Shown here: positions 22,280 through 35,466 of the stretch, piece after piece
How the letters are laid out: each line of letters opens with the position of its first letter
Position numbering within the stretch: position 1 is the stretch's first letter
Assembly (NCBI GenBank): GCA_009103225.1
Contig: RHPI01003488.1
Span: 594,110 to 658,109 of the forward strand
Length of the DNA: 64,000 bases
Reading direction: 5' to 3'
Source of the DNA: Chlorokybus atmophyticus
Lineage: Eukaryota > Plantae > Mesostigma and Chlorokybus algae
Notes under the pieces: generated by a model
What the model was told of the DNA's origin: nothing
Databases searched by the model: none
Seen by the model: only the letters and a program-made list of their open reading frames with translations
Made by a program: the position numbers and the translations under genes

Positions 22280-24334
22280 ATGGCGCTGCCTATGCTGCCC
22301 TTCTGCCAAGCACTACATAAGGTGCGCGCATGCTTTCATTCCTTCACCACAATGCTCAGGCGTGTGCGTGTGCGTGTGTATGTGCATGTACATCTGCATG
22401 CGTGCATGTATGCTTGTATGTGTGCATGCGCGCAAAAGTGTGTATGTGTGCGTTGCTGCCACCGGCTCTAAGCTTTTGCACCACAGCTTCACTTCGCTTG
22501 CGCTCGAGTTACACTATCTGACTCGTCATCACCACAGCATTCCAAATCAATTGTGCCTGCACGTGCCTTTCTACACAACACTGTATTCCAGCAAAACTAA
22601 TACCATCTGTAACACTTTGATGCAACATAGCCACTGATCACCAGCTATCCCCCCCCCCCCCNNNNNNNNNNNNNNNNNNNNNNNNNNNNNNNNNNNNNNN
22701 NNNNNNNNNNNNNNNNNNNNNNNNNNNNNNNNNNNNNNNNNNNNNNNNNNNNNNNNNNNNNNNNNNNNNNNNNNNNNNNNNNNNNNNNNNNNNNNNNNNN
22801 NNNNNNNNNNNNNNNNNNNNNNNNNNNNNNNNNNNNNNNNNNNNNNNNNNNNNNNNNNNNNNNNNNNNNNNNNNNNNNNNNNNNNNNNNNNNNNNNNNNN
22901 NNNNNNNNNNNNNNNNNNNNNNNNNNNNNNNCCCCCCCCCCCCCCCCCCGTGCAACTCACCCCACCACAGCAACAGCATTTTCCCATGCTGTTGAAACAT
23001 GTGTTAAACGATAGGTGGAGCTGCACGCACATCTGAACGGCTCTGTGCGCATGGCCACCCTGCGCGAGATCGCGCAAGCCAAGGGCCTTCTCAACACCCA
23101 CCCCCAACTCATGCAGGTGTGTGTATGGTTCAACTATTGACTTCATCTACCTCTTCTCCCCTCTCCTACACGCTCGCACAGCTTCTGGCGCTGCGGGGGG
23201 AGCGCACGCTGGAGGAGTGTTTCCAGCTGTTTGGCGAGATTCACCGCGTGACCACTGACCACGCCTCCGTCGCCCGCATCACCAAAGAGGCCCTCACCGA
23301 TTTTGAGCGCGACAACGTGTGCTACGTCGAGCTGCGCACCACTCCTAAAGAGGTGTGTCCGCGAGCCACACTGCGTATGGTTGTCGTCACATTGCAGGAC
23401 AACACACTGTAGCACAGGTGGCTGCTGAAGACATGACCAAGAGGTCGTACACGGAAGCTGTCTTGGACGCCATCGACGAGTACCGTGCTGCCGGCGGGGC
23501 CACACAGGTTCGGTTGCTGCTGTCCATCGACAGGAGAGAGACGGCTGCGGCCGCAGCGGACACCGTGCGATTGGCGCATGACCTCAAATCAAGAGGTGTG
23601 GTGGGAATCGACCTGTCTGGCAATCCCCGCATCGGCGACTGGTATGTTGTTTGCAAAGGTATGTTGTTTGCAAACATCCTGTAACCTGTCATAAAGCATC
23701 TGGAGTTGTACAGGGCCACCTTTGAGCCGGCGCTGAGATGGGCGCAAGACCACCGCCTTGCCATCACTCTGCACTGCGCCGAGGTACGGCTACACGTCGG
23801 TCAGGCACGCATTTCCTTCTGTGAAATTTTCAGAAGCGTTCCACACAGCAACTTCCCCAAACCCTGTGTCTGTGCCTGAGCAGCACGCGCGCAACACTTG
23901 TGTGGTATGATCACATGACTGAGCAGGTGTACAACCCTGAGGAGACGCGCGCGATGCTTGCATTGAGACCAGACCGCGTGGGGCACGTGTGCGCGCTGGA
24001 CGACACCCTCACGGCGCAGCTGCTGGCCAGCGGCATCCCCGCCGAGCTGTGCCTGACCAGCAACGTGCGCACGGAGAGCGTGCCGTCCTATCACGAGCAC
24101 CACTTTAACGCGCTCCGCCGCGCTGGCCACCCCATCTGCCTCTGCACCGACGACGCGGGCGTGTTCGACACCACTCTCAGCAGGGAGTATGCGCTCACCG
24201 CCGCCGCCTTCAACCTTACACCAGAGCACCTCCGCAGCATCGCAGCCAAGAGCATAGACTACGCATTCCTAGACGAGGCCAGTAAGCAGCTGCTACGAAC
24301 CAAAATTGAAGCGCATCACACTTATTGTAAGTGA
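22280..24334 (+). CDS. ADAL: adenosine deaminase-like protein / N6-methyl-AMP deaminase
   Basis: FCQALHK|VELHAHLNGS, YVELRTTPK, GIDLSGNP, TLHCAE, RPDRVGH, ELCLTSN, LCTDDAGVF; six exons with GT-AG introns. An upstream start at 22205 is possible. Confidence 0.93.
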
Positions 24335-24924
24335 CATGTTGTAGCGGTGCATCAACAGGCAGAGCCAAGCATCATTGCTTTGGGATGGATACAGGCATAC
24401 AAGTCATTCTGTTATCAGCGGACGTTAGTCTCAGGCTTCTTACAGCATAGGCTGCATTGTACACCCGACTCATTCTGCAAGCATGCAATGCAAACTTCAT
24501 TGCCAGCATGTGTAGGATGCATGAGGGTGTACGTCTTGCATATACAGCTGCATTATGCGTATAATGCAACACAACTGACTGTATGCAATGCAGCTTCATG
24601 GGCAATCTGCACATGCCGCTGCCGCGGTGGCCGCAAGCCACGACAGCTCTGCAACTCAACACAAACCCAACTCGTTTGCTTGCGTCACAAGCACACCCCA
24701 TTATATACCGGTCGGGCAAACAGTGTAGCTACCAGACCTAGCCACGCACACGCAGCACATCTAGAACTGTAACACTCCCTTGCTGTACAATAACCGACAT
24801 TGCTATACACCATCAAACAACATCGCGTGCTGGTACTGTGGGCCCCAAGTCTGGGTTGTTGACTCCGCGGACATGGTGGCAGCTTCAAAAAGTGCACAGC
24901 GCTGTCTCAGCTCCAGTTGGCTGA

Positions 24925-27266
24925 TCATACTGCGCGGAGGCTGACACTGCCAGCTGTCTCTGCTGCGGCAGTGATGTTGCGGACGGTGGTGCCGCTACCG
25001 ACCACGAACACGAAGGGCCAGAAGGCTACCAGCGCTAATTTCAGGTTGTCAGACAGCGCAGCCGACTGCAGCAGGCGATACTTGGTGATGATGTCACTGC
25101 CGTGTGCATGGGTCTCTGAAACAAGCAATGCAAAGTGAGTGATGGGGATTACACATGCAGATGACATGTGAGCTGTTGATACTGACCTGTCAAAGGAAGA
25201 TCGAGCTGTGGCACGACAGCGCACACGTCTACGCTCGTTTTCTTTTGGGAGGACGGCCCTGCTCTCCGCGCACCAGAGTTGATGCCCACAAACACAACTC
25301 CCTTGTGCAGTACCAGATGAGATACCCTGTACACATCAATGCCACACGTTACGCCTAAGCCCGAGGGAGTACCACACGCACACTATATACGCATGCTGCT
25401 CGCCACGCACTTGAAGCCAAAGAGGTAGTTGCGGGCAACGGGTGTGGGTGCAGGTGGCAAGCGGATGGTGCGCACGCGCCACTGAGACGCTCTGTCCCAC
25501 ACATGCAGGAGCGTCTCATCATCACCACACCCGCAGAGCGCGTGGCCATCCATGGCCATGAATGAACTCGTAGCCTTGCTCAATGTCGGCGTGGAACACT
25601 TGCTTGCCTGCTATTACGTCCCAGACTTCGAGGGTGGCCTCTGCAGGGCGTTCATCGCTCCATTCAGGCTCGCCAGGTGACAAGGGTTCTGCATCACCCT
25701 TGCTGACCGCAAACTCCAGCAGTGCGGTTATAAAACCCAAAGCAGAATGTGGATGAGACCTCGCCCTCTGGTTTCACCCGCTTGCTTGTCACCAGTCCAC
25801 GCAGCTGCGCGTCCCATACTCGCGCCCAGAACAGGCAAAAGTACACATATGCATGGGGGCTGCGTGTGCATGGGGGACACAGAATCTGCACCATGTCCGA
25901 ACCGTTGTTGCGCTGTGGCTTTCAGGTTAGGTCATGATGTAGGTGTCATTCATGGCCACTCGAGTGATCTCAAGATGCCTTCTGTTCGGCTGGGTGCGGG
26001 CCAGAAGCTGACCAGACGGTATGTGCCAGAGGTACATCGCACCGGTGCTGTCCCCGGCCACCAGACGGTCTTTATGCCCGCTCATGAGCACGTTGCTGTA
26101 GCCGCCTCCTCCTCCCGACAACCCTTGCAGCTCGTGCAACCGCGCACCGCTCTCTGCGTCCCACACGGTGAGGCTCACGTCAACTTGAAGAGCGCTGCTT
26201 ACAGGATGCTCCTGTAGCAGCACCAGTTGCCCTTCGTGCAGATGCACCTCTATTACCCGTTGGCTCTCCATGTCTGAAGCATGGATGACAATGTCGCAAG
26301 CCAACCGTTTTGTACTAAGCACACAAGCAGGATGCATGGACGCAGTGCAGGGCACCTGTCTTGTGAGTCGACCATTGTGCAGTGCTGAAGCGGCCTGGCC
26401 ACCAGCTGCTACGCGCACGAGCCGTCCTGGCGTACGCATGCGCCCACGTCTCGCTGTCGCCGCTGCTGTCCTTCTGCTTTCTCGGCACAATGCCCTCGCC
26501 CTCGCATAGTATACGCCACAGCACTTCCGAGCGTGCAGCATCCCGCCATGATCTGCACAAGCGAGCACATGCGTGAATGGCTTGTCACTCAATCCTATCC
26601 AAGCAAATGCAACTAGCGTGCAGTGCAATTGCACATGAACTCAGTCTCATGCTTAAACTGGAGGACATTGTCAAGCAATAGTGGAAGGAGCTCTAGAACA
26701 CGCTCATGCAGGCGCACGCGTGTCATGTCACATGATGCACACCGCGCGCAAACATGGTGGACCCCAGGTAAGGGTGCCTTGCAACCGCAACTGCGAAGAA
26801 ACGCATTCCCGAGTGCTATCAACAGTTTGATTGCGAAAGAAGCGGCAGCAAGCAGCGTAGCCCATCCAGTTCCCAATCGAGGACGACTCAGCTGGGCAGG
26901 CATATAGCAACAAAGCAGCCGCACCTTGTGATGTGACCATGCAACAGTCAATCTGCCTCACCGGCACACGGTGGCGGCAACGCCAGCAGTCCTGGCCCCA
27001 GCTAAGGCGAATGCGTGCACCAGAGCACGCTTTGGCAGCGCCGCCCACCTTGTCGCCACTGCTGTCTGGCTGCGCTCTGAGGGTGCAAGCGGCTTCCCGT
27101 TGCTGAAGTAGTACTCTATACTGCTTTGCCTACCAGTGACGCTGGCATCCTCACCCTGCGTGCGCAGAGTTGTTGGAAGACTGCTCGGTCCCGGCCTATC
27201 CACCGCTGCTGCTTTCTGTTTTGCGGCCTTCTGCTTGCTCCCCTTCCTAGGCCTAAGCCGCTCCAT
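24925..27266 (-). CDS. F-box/WD40-repeat protein, multi-exon
   Basis: F-box-like WAALPKRALVHAFALAGARTAGVAATVCR|..CRSWRDAARSEVLWRILC followed by WD-like segments (LTVWDAESG, AGDSTGAMYLWHIPSG, LEVWDVIAG, LHVWDRAS). Confidence 0.8.
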
Positions 27267-27672
27267 TGCTTCGTTTTCAGCAGGCTCGCAAGCTGCTTGT
27301 CAGGTCCTTGCTACGCATGCAACGTTCGCCAAGCAGCCAAGCCACATGCATGCTCTGCAGAAGGATATACTGGGCGGCGAGAATGCTCAAAGTGCCAAGT
27401 TGCCACTGCAGCAGCGACAGCGGAGATCCCAAGACGGTAGCGAAGACGACAGCTGGCGGCAGCACGACCAGCAATGAAGGCCGTGCAAATCACGCCTCAA
27501 GAGGCATCCAAACGCTCGGGCTGCTTGTCCTTTGGGCGAGTGCACGTGTGTCTGCGTCTGCCTTGTGCTAAGAGCAGAGCACCTGTTGTGTCAAGTCGGC
27601 TGAAAACTAGCCGCGCACTGCTGAGCAAAAGCAAGCGGAGGACCACTGCTGTAGCGGAGATACAGACCACGG

Positions 27673-27673
<1 letters not shown>

Positions 27674-27731
<58 letters not shown>
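27674..27731 (+). repeat. (CT)n microsatellite
   Basis: Perfect dinucleotide run. Confidence 0.98.
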
Positions 27732-27735
<4 letters not shown>

Positions 27736-28539
27736 CTCAAGGTCATTTCAATGGGCTAATCATGACACATTGCAATGATGTAGTCGCTTTACGCATTGTG
27801 TCCAATTCAATATCGGCATTCAATGAGCCAGGCTGACGGCAATCCCTTTGAGGACAATGTGATTGATTGCAGTATAATGCTAATTTGACGTAAACACAAG
27901 TGCCGTCATTTCATGAAAATGAGAGGTACAATAAGTAGAAGGTAGACGTGTCGCGCATGTATCTATACGCGAGTCACACATAATAAGCATTATGAGCAGC
28001 GCGTCACAACACATCACGCTGCAATAAAAATTTGGATTGTTTGACAATTTGCGCGTAGCATCTACTTAAAGCATGCAAAACATGTAGCAATGACTCATCG
28101 TCAAACGACGCATGCATGATATGATAGTTGGATAGTTGATAGTTTTCGCATCTGCACAATTATGGTGAGATTTTGCAATGTTATTCATTGCAAACGAATT
28201 GTCACGCAAATACAATTTGGACATAAAAGGGCGAAAATTTTGTTGCACCTTCAATAACAGTACGGGCCATTGAATCACAATAGTATAAGCAACAATTGTT
28301 ATGAATCACATACATGAGTACCAAATGAATGTGTATGCTGCATGTAACTAGGGTTTGTGAACTTGATCATTAATATGTGAATAATTTCCAAGTTTGAGTC
28401 CTTAAAGATGTAGCATATCTACATCGCTGTTCACACAACATCGGCTCATCGTAATTCAGGTGTTCAAACCCTATTGTACATTGTCATAATATAAGCCCGT
28501 ACATTGTGTACTTATCTACGATCACTTGCAACCGTTTAA

Positions 28540-28950
28540 AACATACATATACAACACGTTGCTTGATGCATGTGCGCGTTGTAATATTAAAAAGATGCCT
28601 TAACATGTTAATAATTAATATGTATACAAGAATCTAGCAAATCCACGCGCTCGTGCGTAGGTTGTGCACGTGTGTGCTTGTTGACGCGCCGGACAAAATA
28701 ATGTGTACTCGTGCTCGTGGATATACTTGCATTCACATCTACATTAAGGTATTTCGTTTAAATCGTGTAGGTAGTAATACTTTTTGTTGAATGTTATGAG
28801 AAACGATTTCTCTACTTTAACATGTTAATGTCATGTGTGTGTACATGAAAATATGCATTGCTTGATAAGACACATGACACATTGAACAGTGGAAGCACAT
28901 GCCGCAATGTTGTATGTGCGTACAATACAAACTGTGCAGATTTTATAAAT
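28540..28950 (+). repeat. second copy of the AT-rich dispersed repeat (see 8590-9175)
   Basis: Collinear blocks as described for 8590-9175; lacks the internal inversion. Confidence 0.7.
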
Positions 28951-28976
28951 GAGGTTATAGTGAGTAACATACTTGA

Positions 28977-28979
<3 letters not shown>

Positions 28980-29050
<71 letters not shown>
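28980..29050 (+). repeat. (CA)n microsatellite
   Basis: Perfect dinucleotide run. Confidence 0.98.
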
Positions 29051-29054
<4 letters not shown>

Positions 29055-29339
29055 AGGCGATAGCCATGCATGTGTTTAAGTTGATGCCCGGTGTTAAGGT
29101 GGAATGGTGGAATGGTGGAATGCTATACAACGCCACATGGTGGGCCCTGCTATATTGCAAGCACAAAGAGACTTGGTGACAGCTATAGCACCAACTAGCG
29201 GAACGCACTCACCAGATACAGCGAAGGCGTCTACCCCTGCCCCCTCAGCCTGTGTATAAAGTTGCACGCCCTGTCGCTGCGCAAGTTGTCACCAAACCCT
29301 CAGCTGCCAGTCCACAGCGTCCTCGCCATCGCCTGCCTC

Positions 29340-30030
29340 CCAGATGAGAACGACAAGCCCATGTGCTACCCTCAACTGCCAGACATACGGGCACATCAGC
29401 AAGTGTTGCAATCAACTTGAAAGGACAAGACTTCAGCCCCAGCAAGCATCAGCTTTACGCCCAGCATTGCACAATGCTTGTGCAAATGCAAGTGACATCA
29501 GAGCAAGCGACAGCACTAGCAAAAGATTGGTACGCGGAAGACTCACCTCCACTATTGGCTTGAGAAGATTTAAATACGGACGCGTAAAGAAGCAAGAGCT
29601 CGTTGCGCGGAGGAGACCATAAGCACCTAAAAGACAACTAGTATATGCAGTGTTTATGCAAGTTGGTTACGGCAAGCGTGATGCATTCGCTTTCGTTAGA
29701 CACTCGGTCTTCTTAAGCACTATGTGTGCGAGCAACACTTGCACTTGCCTATATGCACTGCACCCCACCCCATGATTGTCATATTTGGGGACGCAAAAGC
29801 TTCATGGTCTACACCCTGTACCATAAACACATCCGTACAAATGCACAACCACAATTGCCCATACTTTCCAGCTACTACCAGGCTAATGTTCAATGTTACA
29901 CTGGGTTGGGACTTCATCTGTGACCAAGACATGACAGTAAACAAGGACTGGATCCACCTGCCCAGCACTAGAAGAGTTGCACCGGTTGACTGCGCAGATA
30001 TACAACTCAAGCAATTACACCGGTAGAAAT
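29340..30030 (+). pseudogene. decayed LTR-retroelement gag knuckle / aspartic protease relic
   Basis: xLNCQTYGHISKCC (CCHC spacing with the first Cys lost) at ~29370-29410, then a frameshifted D-T-G-like segment near 29700 and NVTLGWDFI (retropepsin ILGxDF-like) in ORF 29724-30026. Confidence 0.5.
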
Positions 30031-30829
30031 GGCCCCCCAACAGTCTGGTTTTGACCACAACTTGGTTTAAGATCCAGCTGTAACTTAATTGGGTATCTAG
30101 TAGCAACCGAGGTACTGATTTCTACCTCGTTTCTTGCCTTAGTCACAACTTGGTTTGGTATCCAGCTGCCATTAAGATGAAATAAAAGGCGTGCATTAAA
30201 ATTCGGTGTTCGTCTTTTCTTAACTTTACCAATGGCCAAATCACTAATTGCTGGATAGATCATGCATTAAGAACATTGATCTTTATGCTATGTAGTGGTT
30301 GTTTACCTCTGCATCCTCAATAATGTTTTAACCTTAGTGGGCACTTTGCAGTGAATCAGGTGTCATTATTTGTTGTTTTCAATCAGTTGTTTCGTCCACA
30401 TCTTTATCTTCGTGATTGATCTAGTTAGCATTAAGTTTGTGATCAGCATACACCTTCACATTGTGTGCTGTCTGGATCCGTAAAACGCTTTTAGCCGTAG
30501 TCTATACGCAGAGTTTTATTTGCTCAGAACATAGCCTTTAACATTTAAGCCAGATTCTAAACAAAGTGGGTTGCGGTATGCACGAAGTGTCGCAGGTGCA
30601 CACAAACTGAGTCGCAAAGTTTCAAGCCAGATCCTGAACAAAGTGTTATATGCATCTGTTGATAATGCATGGTTGCGTGCGTACATAATGCATGTGGTGA
30701 CAATGGTAGGTGATGTGCAATGCTAAAATTCAACCGTAGAATCAAACAGTTCTAGGCTAGTATCTAGCTAACTCAGCATTGCAATCAGCAACAATGCTGC
30801 TATTGAAGAGACTCCTGTGGCTATCAATG

Positions 30830-33800
30830 TGCTAGCTCAACAACCTCCGGAACATGCTCCCTTTTGCATTGCCGTGCTCCCTTTTACCCCTCCGCAACGC
30901 CACTTCCTCGCTCACCCATCTATTCCGGTGTTGGCTGCTGCACTTTTGCTTGACACCTCCCGCCTTCTTTGCAGCAGTCTTCTTGCTCTCATCTCCAATC
31001 AGGTTGGCAGGCCAGCGCAACTCATCTCCTGCCTCAACTTCTGCTTGTTCACAAGGTTCCGTCATCACTCCATGTGTGGCCCACATTTGCACCAGCAGTT
31101 GGCTTCAGTATGCTCTTACCTTGCATCATTGTCACCAGCTCATCACCACCGCGCTTGACTAGGATTGGCAGACTCGCTGCTGGAGGTGTGTTAACCTTTC
31201 CATCTACCACGCGCGGCGCTTGGGTGATGATGTGGTGCACCTGCACCATAACATTTCCCTTCCCAATGTTGGCGTCCTGGAACTCTGCGTCGGGGTCAAC
31301 CTCACTCTCTTCTCGCTGTCAAATAGCTTCCCGTGCATGTCGACTACCTGCAAATGAAGACTAGCTCGAGTCAGTTCACACCTTTGCACACACCAGCTTG
31401 CTAGCGCCCTTACCTCTTCGCAGACCTCATTCTCTGCGTCATTGTTGTCGTCTTCGCTTCTAGCCTCCTTGTCGCTCTCGCTTTCTTCGTCTTCGCTGCG
31501 GTCTTCTTCTTCATCGCAGGAGCTGCCGCTGGCTGCTGAACACTTTGACTGCGGATCACACAAGTTGTGTATGTAAGTGCGTGCGTGCGCGTGTGGGAGT
31601 CAGCAGCTGTGCGGCATCAGTGCGAGCTCACATCACTGTGCTGACTCTTTTTGCGTTTCTTGCTTTTCTTTTAAGCCTTGCCCTTCTTCATACGCCTCTC
31701 CTCACTCCTCTTCTTCGTCTTCTTCCTCCTCTCCTCCTCTACCTGCTGCTGTTTCTTCTTCTTCTCCTTGCAGCCTGCTCTGGGATGTCAGTAATTAGCA
31801 GACTATTCAGTTACAATTTCTGTTGACCTATATTACCTGAGCAGCTTGTGTTCTTGCTGGCGTAGTCGTAGGGCTCACCTTGACTACAACCGCTGCTCCA
31901 CCCTGCAGCAACATGTCATCTACTCATCTGTTGCGAGCTTGCACAGCCTCAAAGCTTCCCCTAGTTCAACATGTGCGTCAATAGCCGCCTGCGACTGGTT
32001 GCATGAGCCTTCATCGGAGTTCCTGCCAGAAGAGGAAAGTGCCGACTTCAAGTCGGCACAAGTTGTTGCTGCCTTTCCCGGAGTCTCTCTTGCGTTTCTT
32101 GCGGGCCTCCTCCTCTGCCTCTTGTTCTATGCACGTCAACTACTGGGTGAGGTATTTTTACCACAACAAGACACACATACACATGCGTGCACTGGATTGT
32201 TTACCGGCTAAGCTCTTCAAGAGTTGTTCCGCCGCAGATAATTGCAGGGTTGACCGTGCAACATTGTCATCAAGAGATCACCTTGACAAACAGAGCTGCA
32301 AAGGAGCTACCCCTTGTCCGAATGTCTCTTCAGCTTATTGAGGGTCGCCACCATGTTCTTCTTTTTTTCCTTGTTTTGCCGATTTTGCTCTTTCTGCTTT
32401 TCGCGATACTCAGGTTCACCCCAATCCTTCGTGGTTTGGCAGAAAGTCCTGAACCTACCTCGGACCTGCATCATGACCAGTTACAGAATAACCAGTTACA
32501 GGATGACCAGTTACATTAACACTAGGGTTGTAGATAAATGTACACTTAAGTGTACATGTATCTCATATGCTGGGCATTGCCAAAACAATTGCAAACCCTC
32601 ACATTTCAAGCTGAAACTTTGCACACACATTGCTAACATCATAAGCAACCTGTGTGCAAACTTTCAGCTTGATTGGCCACTTGTGTTACAAGTTACACCT
32701 CGGTAAGCGACCAAAATGGCAAAAGTCAATCACTGTACACTTTTGTGTACATTTATGCAAGGGCCTTCAAAGTGTCCTTACGGCTGCATTTGTAAGAATT
32801 CCGCGGCATTTATGAGCTCGTTGGACAGCTCTCATCAAGTAGAACAACTTTCATTGGTAACTTGTCACAAGATTCCTTTCCATAAGAAGTTATTCCTATT
32901 CAAGTGAACCCGACGGGTCCTTCGACGGGTCCGATCAGCAAACCCTAATCACAGTATCAGACATCAAATTGCATAATTTTCAAACCACTGCGCCGATTGC
33001 GACGCGGTTACTTTTCCTCGACACGTCACGCCGAGAGCTATCCAACGATATGTCACATGTTGCATTGTCACATCACCACCAGCCAAGAAGGCCGTGCCAG
33101 GGAGGGCCATTTCAATGTACACTTAAGTGTACATTTACATCCCTAGTGTTAAAGAGTTTCATTTTCCAGCCATGCAGTAGTCAGTCAACACCATCTTGCT
33201 AGCTGAATTTCGCGAAGGTCACTGCGTTGCTGCTTGATGCAATCACTCACTGACTGAAGGCAACATAGCTGTTATTTTTTGGTAGGCTCATCCGAGAGAT
33301 AGAGCATGAGGATAGCCACTGCAAGTTGGTAGTTGAGTGGCGGCTGCTTTTGTTGATTCTTCCTAAACCTCAGCCCAACATCTCTTGCAATCCGCCTCGT
33401 CTCCTGCAAAATTTCTGCTGTCCTTTTTGCAATGGTCATGTGCCGACCTCGCCATTAATACTCCATCGTCATTTGCTATCAAAAACGAAATCGTGTTGGT
33501 GCTTCAGTGCTGAGCATGCAATGCTTTAATGCTTCAGTACATTGCTGTAGTGCTGTGCATGCTTCTACTACAGTGCTTTGCATGCTTTTATTACAGTTCT
33601 GTGCATGCTTTAGTGCTTTGCATGCTTCTACAAGTGCATGCAAGACTGCCACCCAAGAAACACATGCTAAAACATTGCCTTTGTTGGCTGAAAAGCCAAG
33701 CTCATGGTCCTTATTGCAGCAGCTACATGGTGGTCTACAGCATGCCAGTTGTCATGCAGCTGCTGCTCAGAGGGTTCGCCTTCTTGGCCAAAGTGGGATC

Positions 33801-34010
33801 GCATAATGTGGATTTGGCTCCAGGGGTTCTTCGGTGATTCATTGTCCGTGGACCTGCTGGCTTCTTCTGACATTCTTGCTACCCTTCACTAGTGCTCTTC
33901 TCACCCAAAACCCGCTGCCAACAACCTCACCGCCCGCAACCACACCGCCAACAACCTAACCGCCCCTGCCGCTGACCCCTCACAGGTACCGCAGCTGAAA
34001 GCTGGACACT
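30830..34010 (-). pseudogene. unknown multi-exon, disrupted gene with acidic and basic low-complexity tracts; possibly a CACTA TnpA-like (Transposase_24) partner
   Basis: Exon-like pieces (MSEEASRSTDNESPKNP; TTKDWGEPEYREKQKEQNRQNKEKKK; DEEEDRSEDEESESD) with GT-AG boundaries and several stops. The W..PE...NR..K segment loosely resembles Ptta/En-Spm proteins. Confidence 0.3.
32520..33148. mobile_element. piggyBac-type non-autonomous element (MITE), 629 bp
   Basis: TTAA at 32516-32519 and 33149-33152. TIRs CACTAGGG/CCCTAGTG plus an internal inverted repeat TAAATGTACACTTAAGTGTACAT at both ends. No coding capacity. Confidence 0.85.
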
Positions 34011-35117
34011 CAAATTGCAGCTCGAAGCTACTCTCGCAGCTCCCGCAAACAAACCGTGTGTTGCACCATTGGATTGGACGATCAGCAGCGAAAACTCAGA
34101 ATGGTGACTGTCCGAATGCTCACGCAAAAATAACACAACTCTACTATATTTTACTCTACTTTACTCTACTCTCAAGTGCGGTTGACACAACGTGTGCGGC
34201 AGTTAGCACTTGCCGCGTGTCACATATGGCTAAAAGGTGACATCTGAAGTTTCATTTTGAATTTTCAATGTCCAATGCTGCAAATGTTTTTTGGCATACC
34301 TTATGCCCAATGCTGCATTGCCAAGTAGGTTAAGTTACTTTATAAGCACATCCGAACATCCGCCTACTTTGACACGGTGGTGGCGGCGGTGGTGGTAGTT
34401 TTGCTGAATAAATATCGACCCCCCTATACCCATGCGCACCATGAATGAGGCTCTAACGCACGCTCCTCGCAATCGGGCGGCGATGAGTGGGACTAGGTCA
34501 CGTTTTGACACAACCGTGGAACGGCTATGTGGACTCTGACGATGCTCGCTATCATCAGGTACCTTTCTCTCTATACATGGTGTGAGTTGCATGCGCTATG
34601 TCACTCTGCATGCTGCTGACTATGCATGCCACCATGCATGTGCCACACTGTTGCGCATTGTTTGTACATCACCGGTAATTTTGAGACCCTTAAATTTATG
34701 AAAATTCATGGCAAACGCACTGAATATTCTTTTGATTTACCGTTTCAGCTTTTTATCGAGTGATATTCAAGTGTTTTCGTACATTCTGTACAATCCCTGC
34801 CAAAACGAAATCGCGACATTCACCTATGAATCGCGTGAATATCCACACGATAAATCAATGCCACCTTTCAAAACCCATATACCTCGTGTATTCAGTTGAA
34901 ATCGATTGAATGTTCAAGGGCATGCAGTTGTGAATGGACACAGCATGTGCTCTGCTAAATATTCAGCTATACATTGCCTGAACATTCATGAAGGGGCATA
35001 AGCTTGTGGCTATAACAGACAGCTTAAACTCACCAAGTCCCAACTGCCTGTGAATAACCAATTGATCAGCTTGTCACACATGTATATTCCTAACCTTCAT
35101 CAGTTTCATGCCACAGA

Positions 35118-35320
35118 TGTGAGTGAACATTCAACACCAATCTAAAACTACGCAATACGATTCACACTAAGTCCTAGCTTGAAGTGAATTTGCAACACCA
35201 TTCCAAAACCAAGCAATACGTTTTGCACTAACTCCTAGCTGTGAGTGAATATTCAACCCCACACGAATAAACATATACTCTCATTTTGGCCAAGTCCCGA
35301 ATGTGATTGAAAATCAAGTA
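35118..35320 (+). repeat. 61-bp degenerate tandem repeat x3-4
   Basis: Units start at 35118, 35179, 35240 and 35302 (TGTGAGTGAA..T.CAACACCA..C.AAAAC.A.GCAATACG...CACTAA.TCCTAGC). Confidence 0.85.
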
Positions 35321-35466
35321 GATCGCACTGCTAATTCTAATATACAGTCTAGTATATGTCAAAGCCAGAGTTGCTCAGCAATTCTACACAGCTGGTTTGA
35401 GTTAATGGTGGGGGACAGCTCTGATATGGATTACAGCATTGCTATGCTACACACCACCTGCTACTA

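Noticed and set aside
28812-29208. Cys-Val / His-Thr repeat ORFs
   Set aside because: Translation of a (CA)n microsatellite.
32520-32527. CACTAG as the terminus of the large CACTA-like element
   Set aside because: It pairs with CCCTAGTG 629 bp away, and both ends are flanked by TTAA, defining a separate piggyBac-type MITE.
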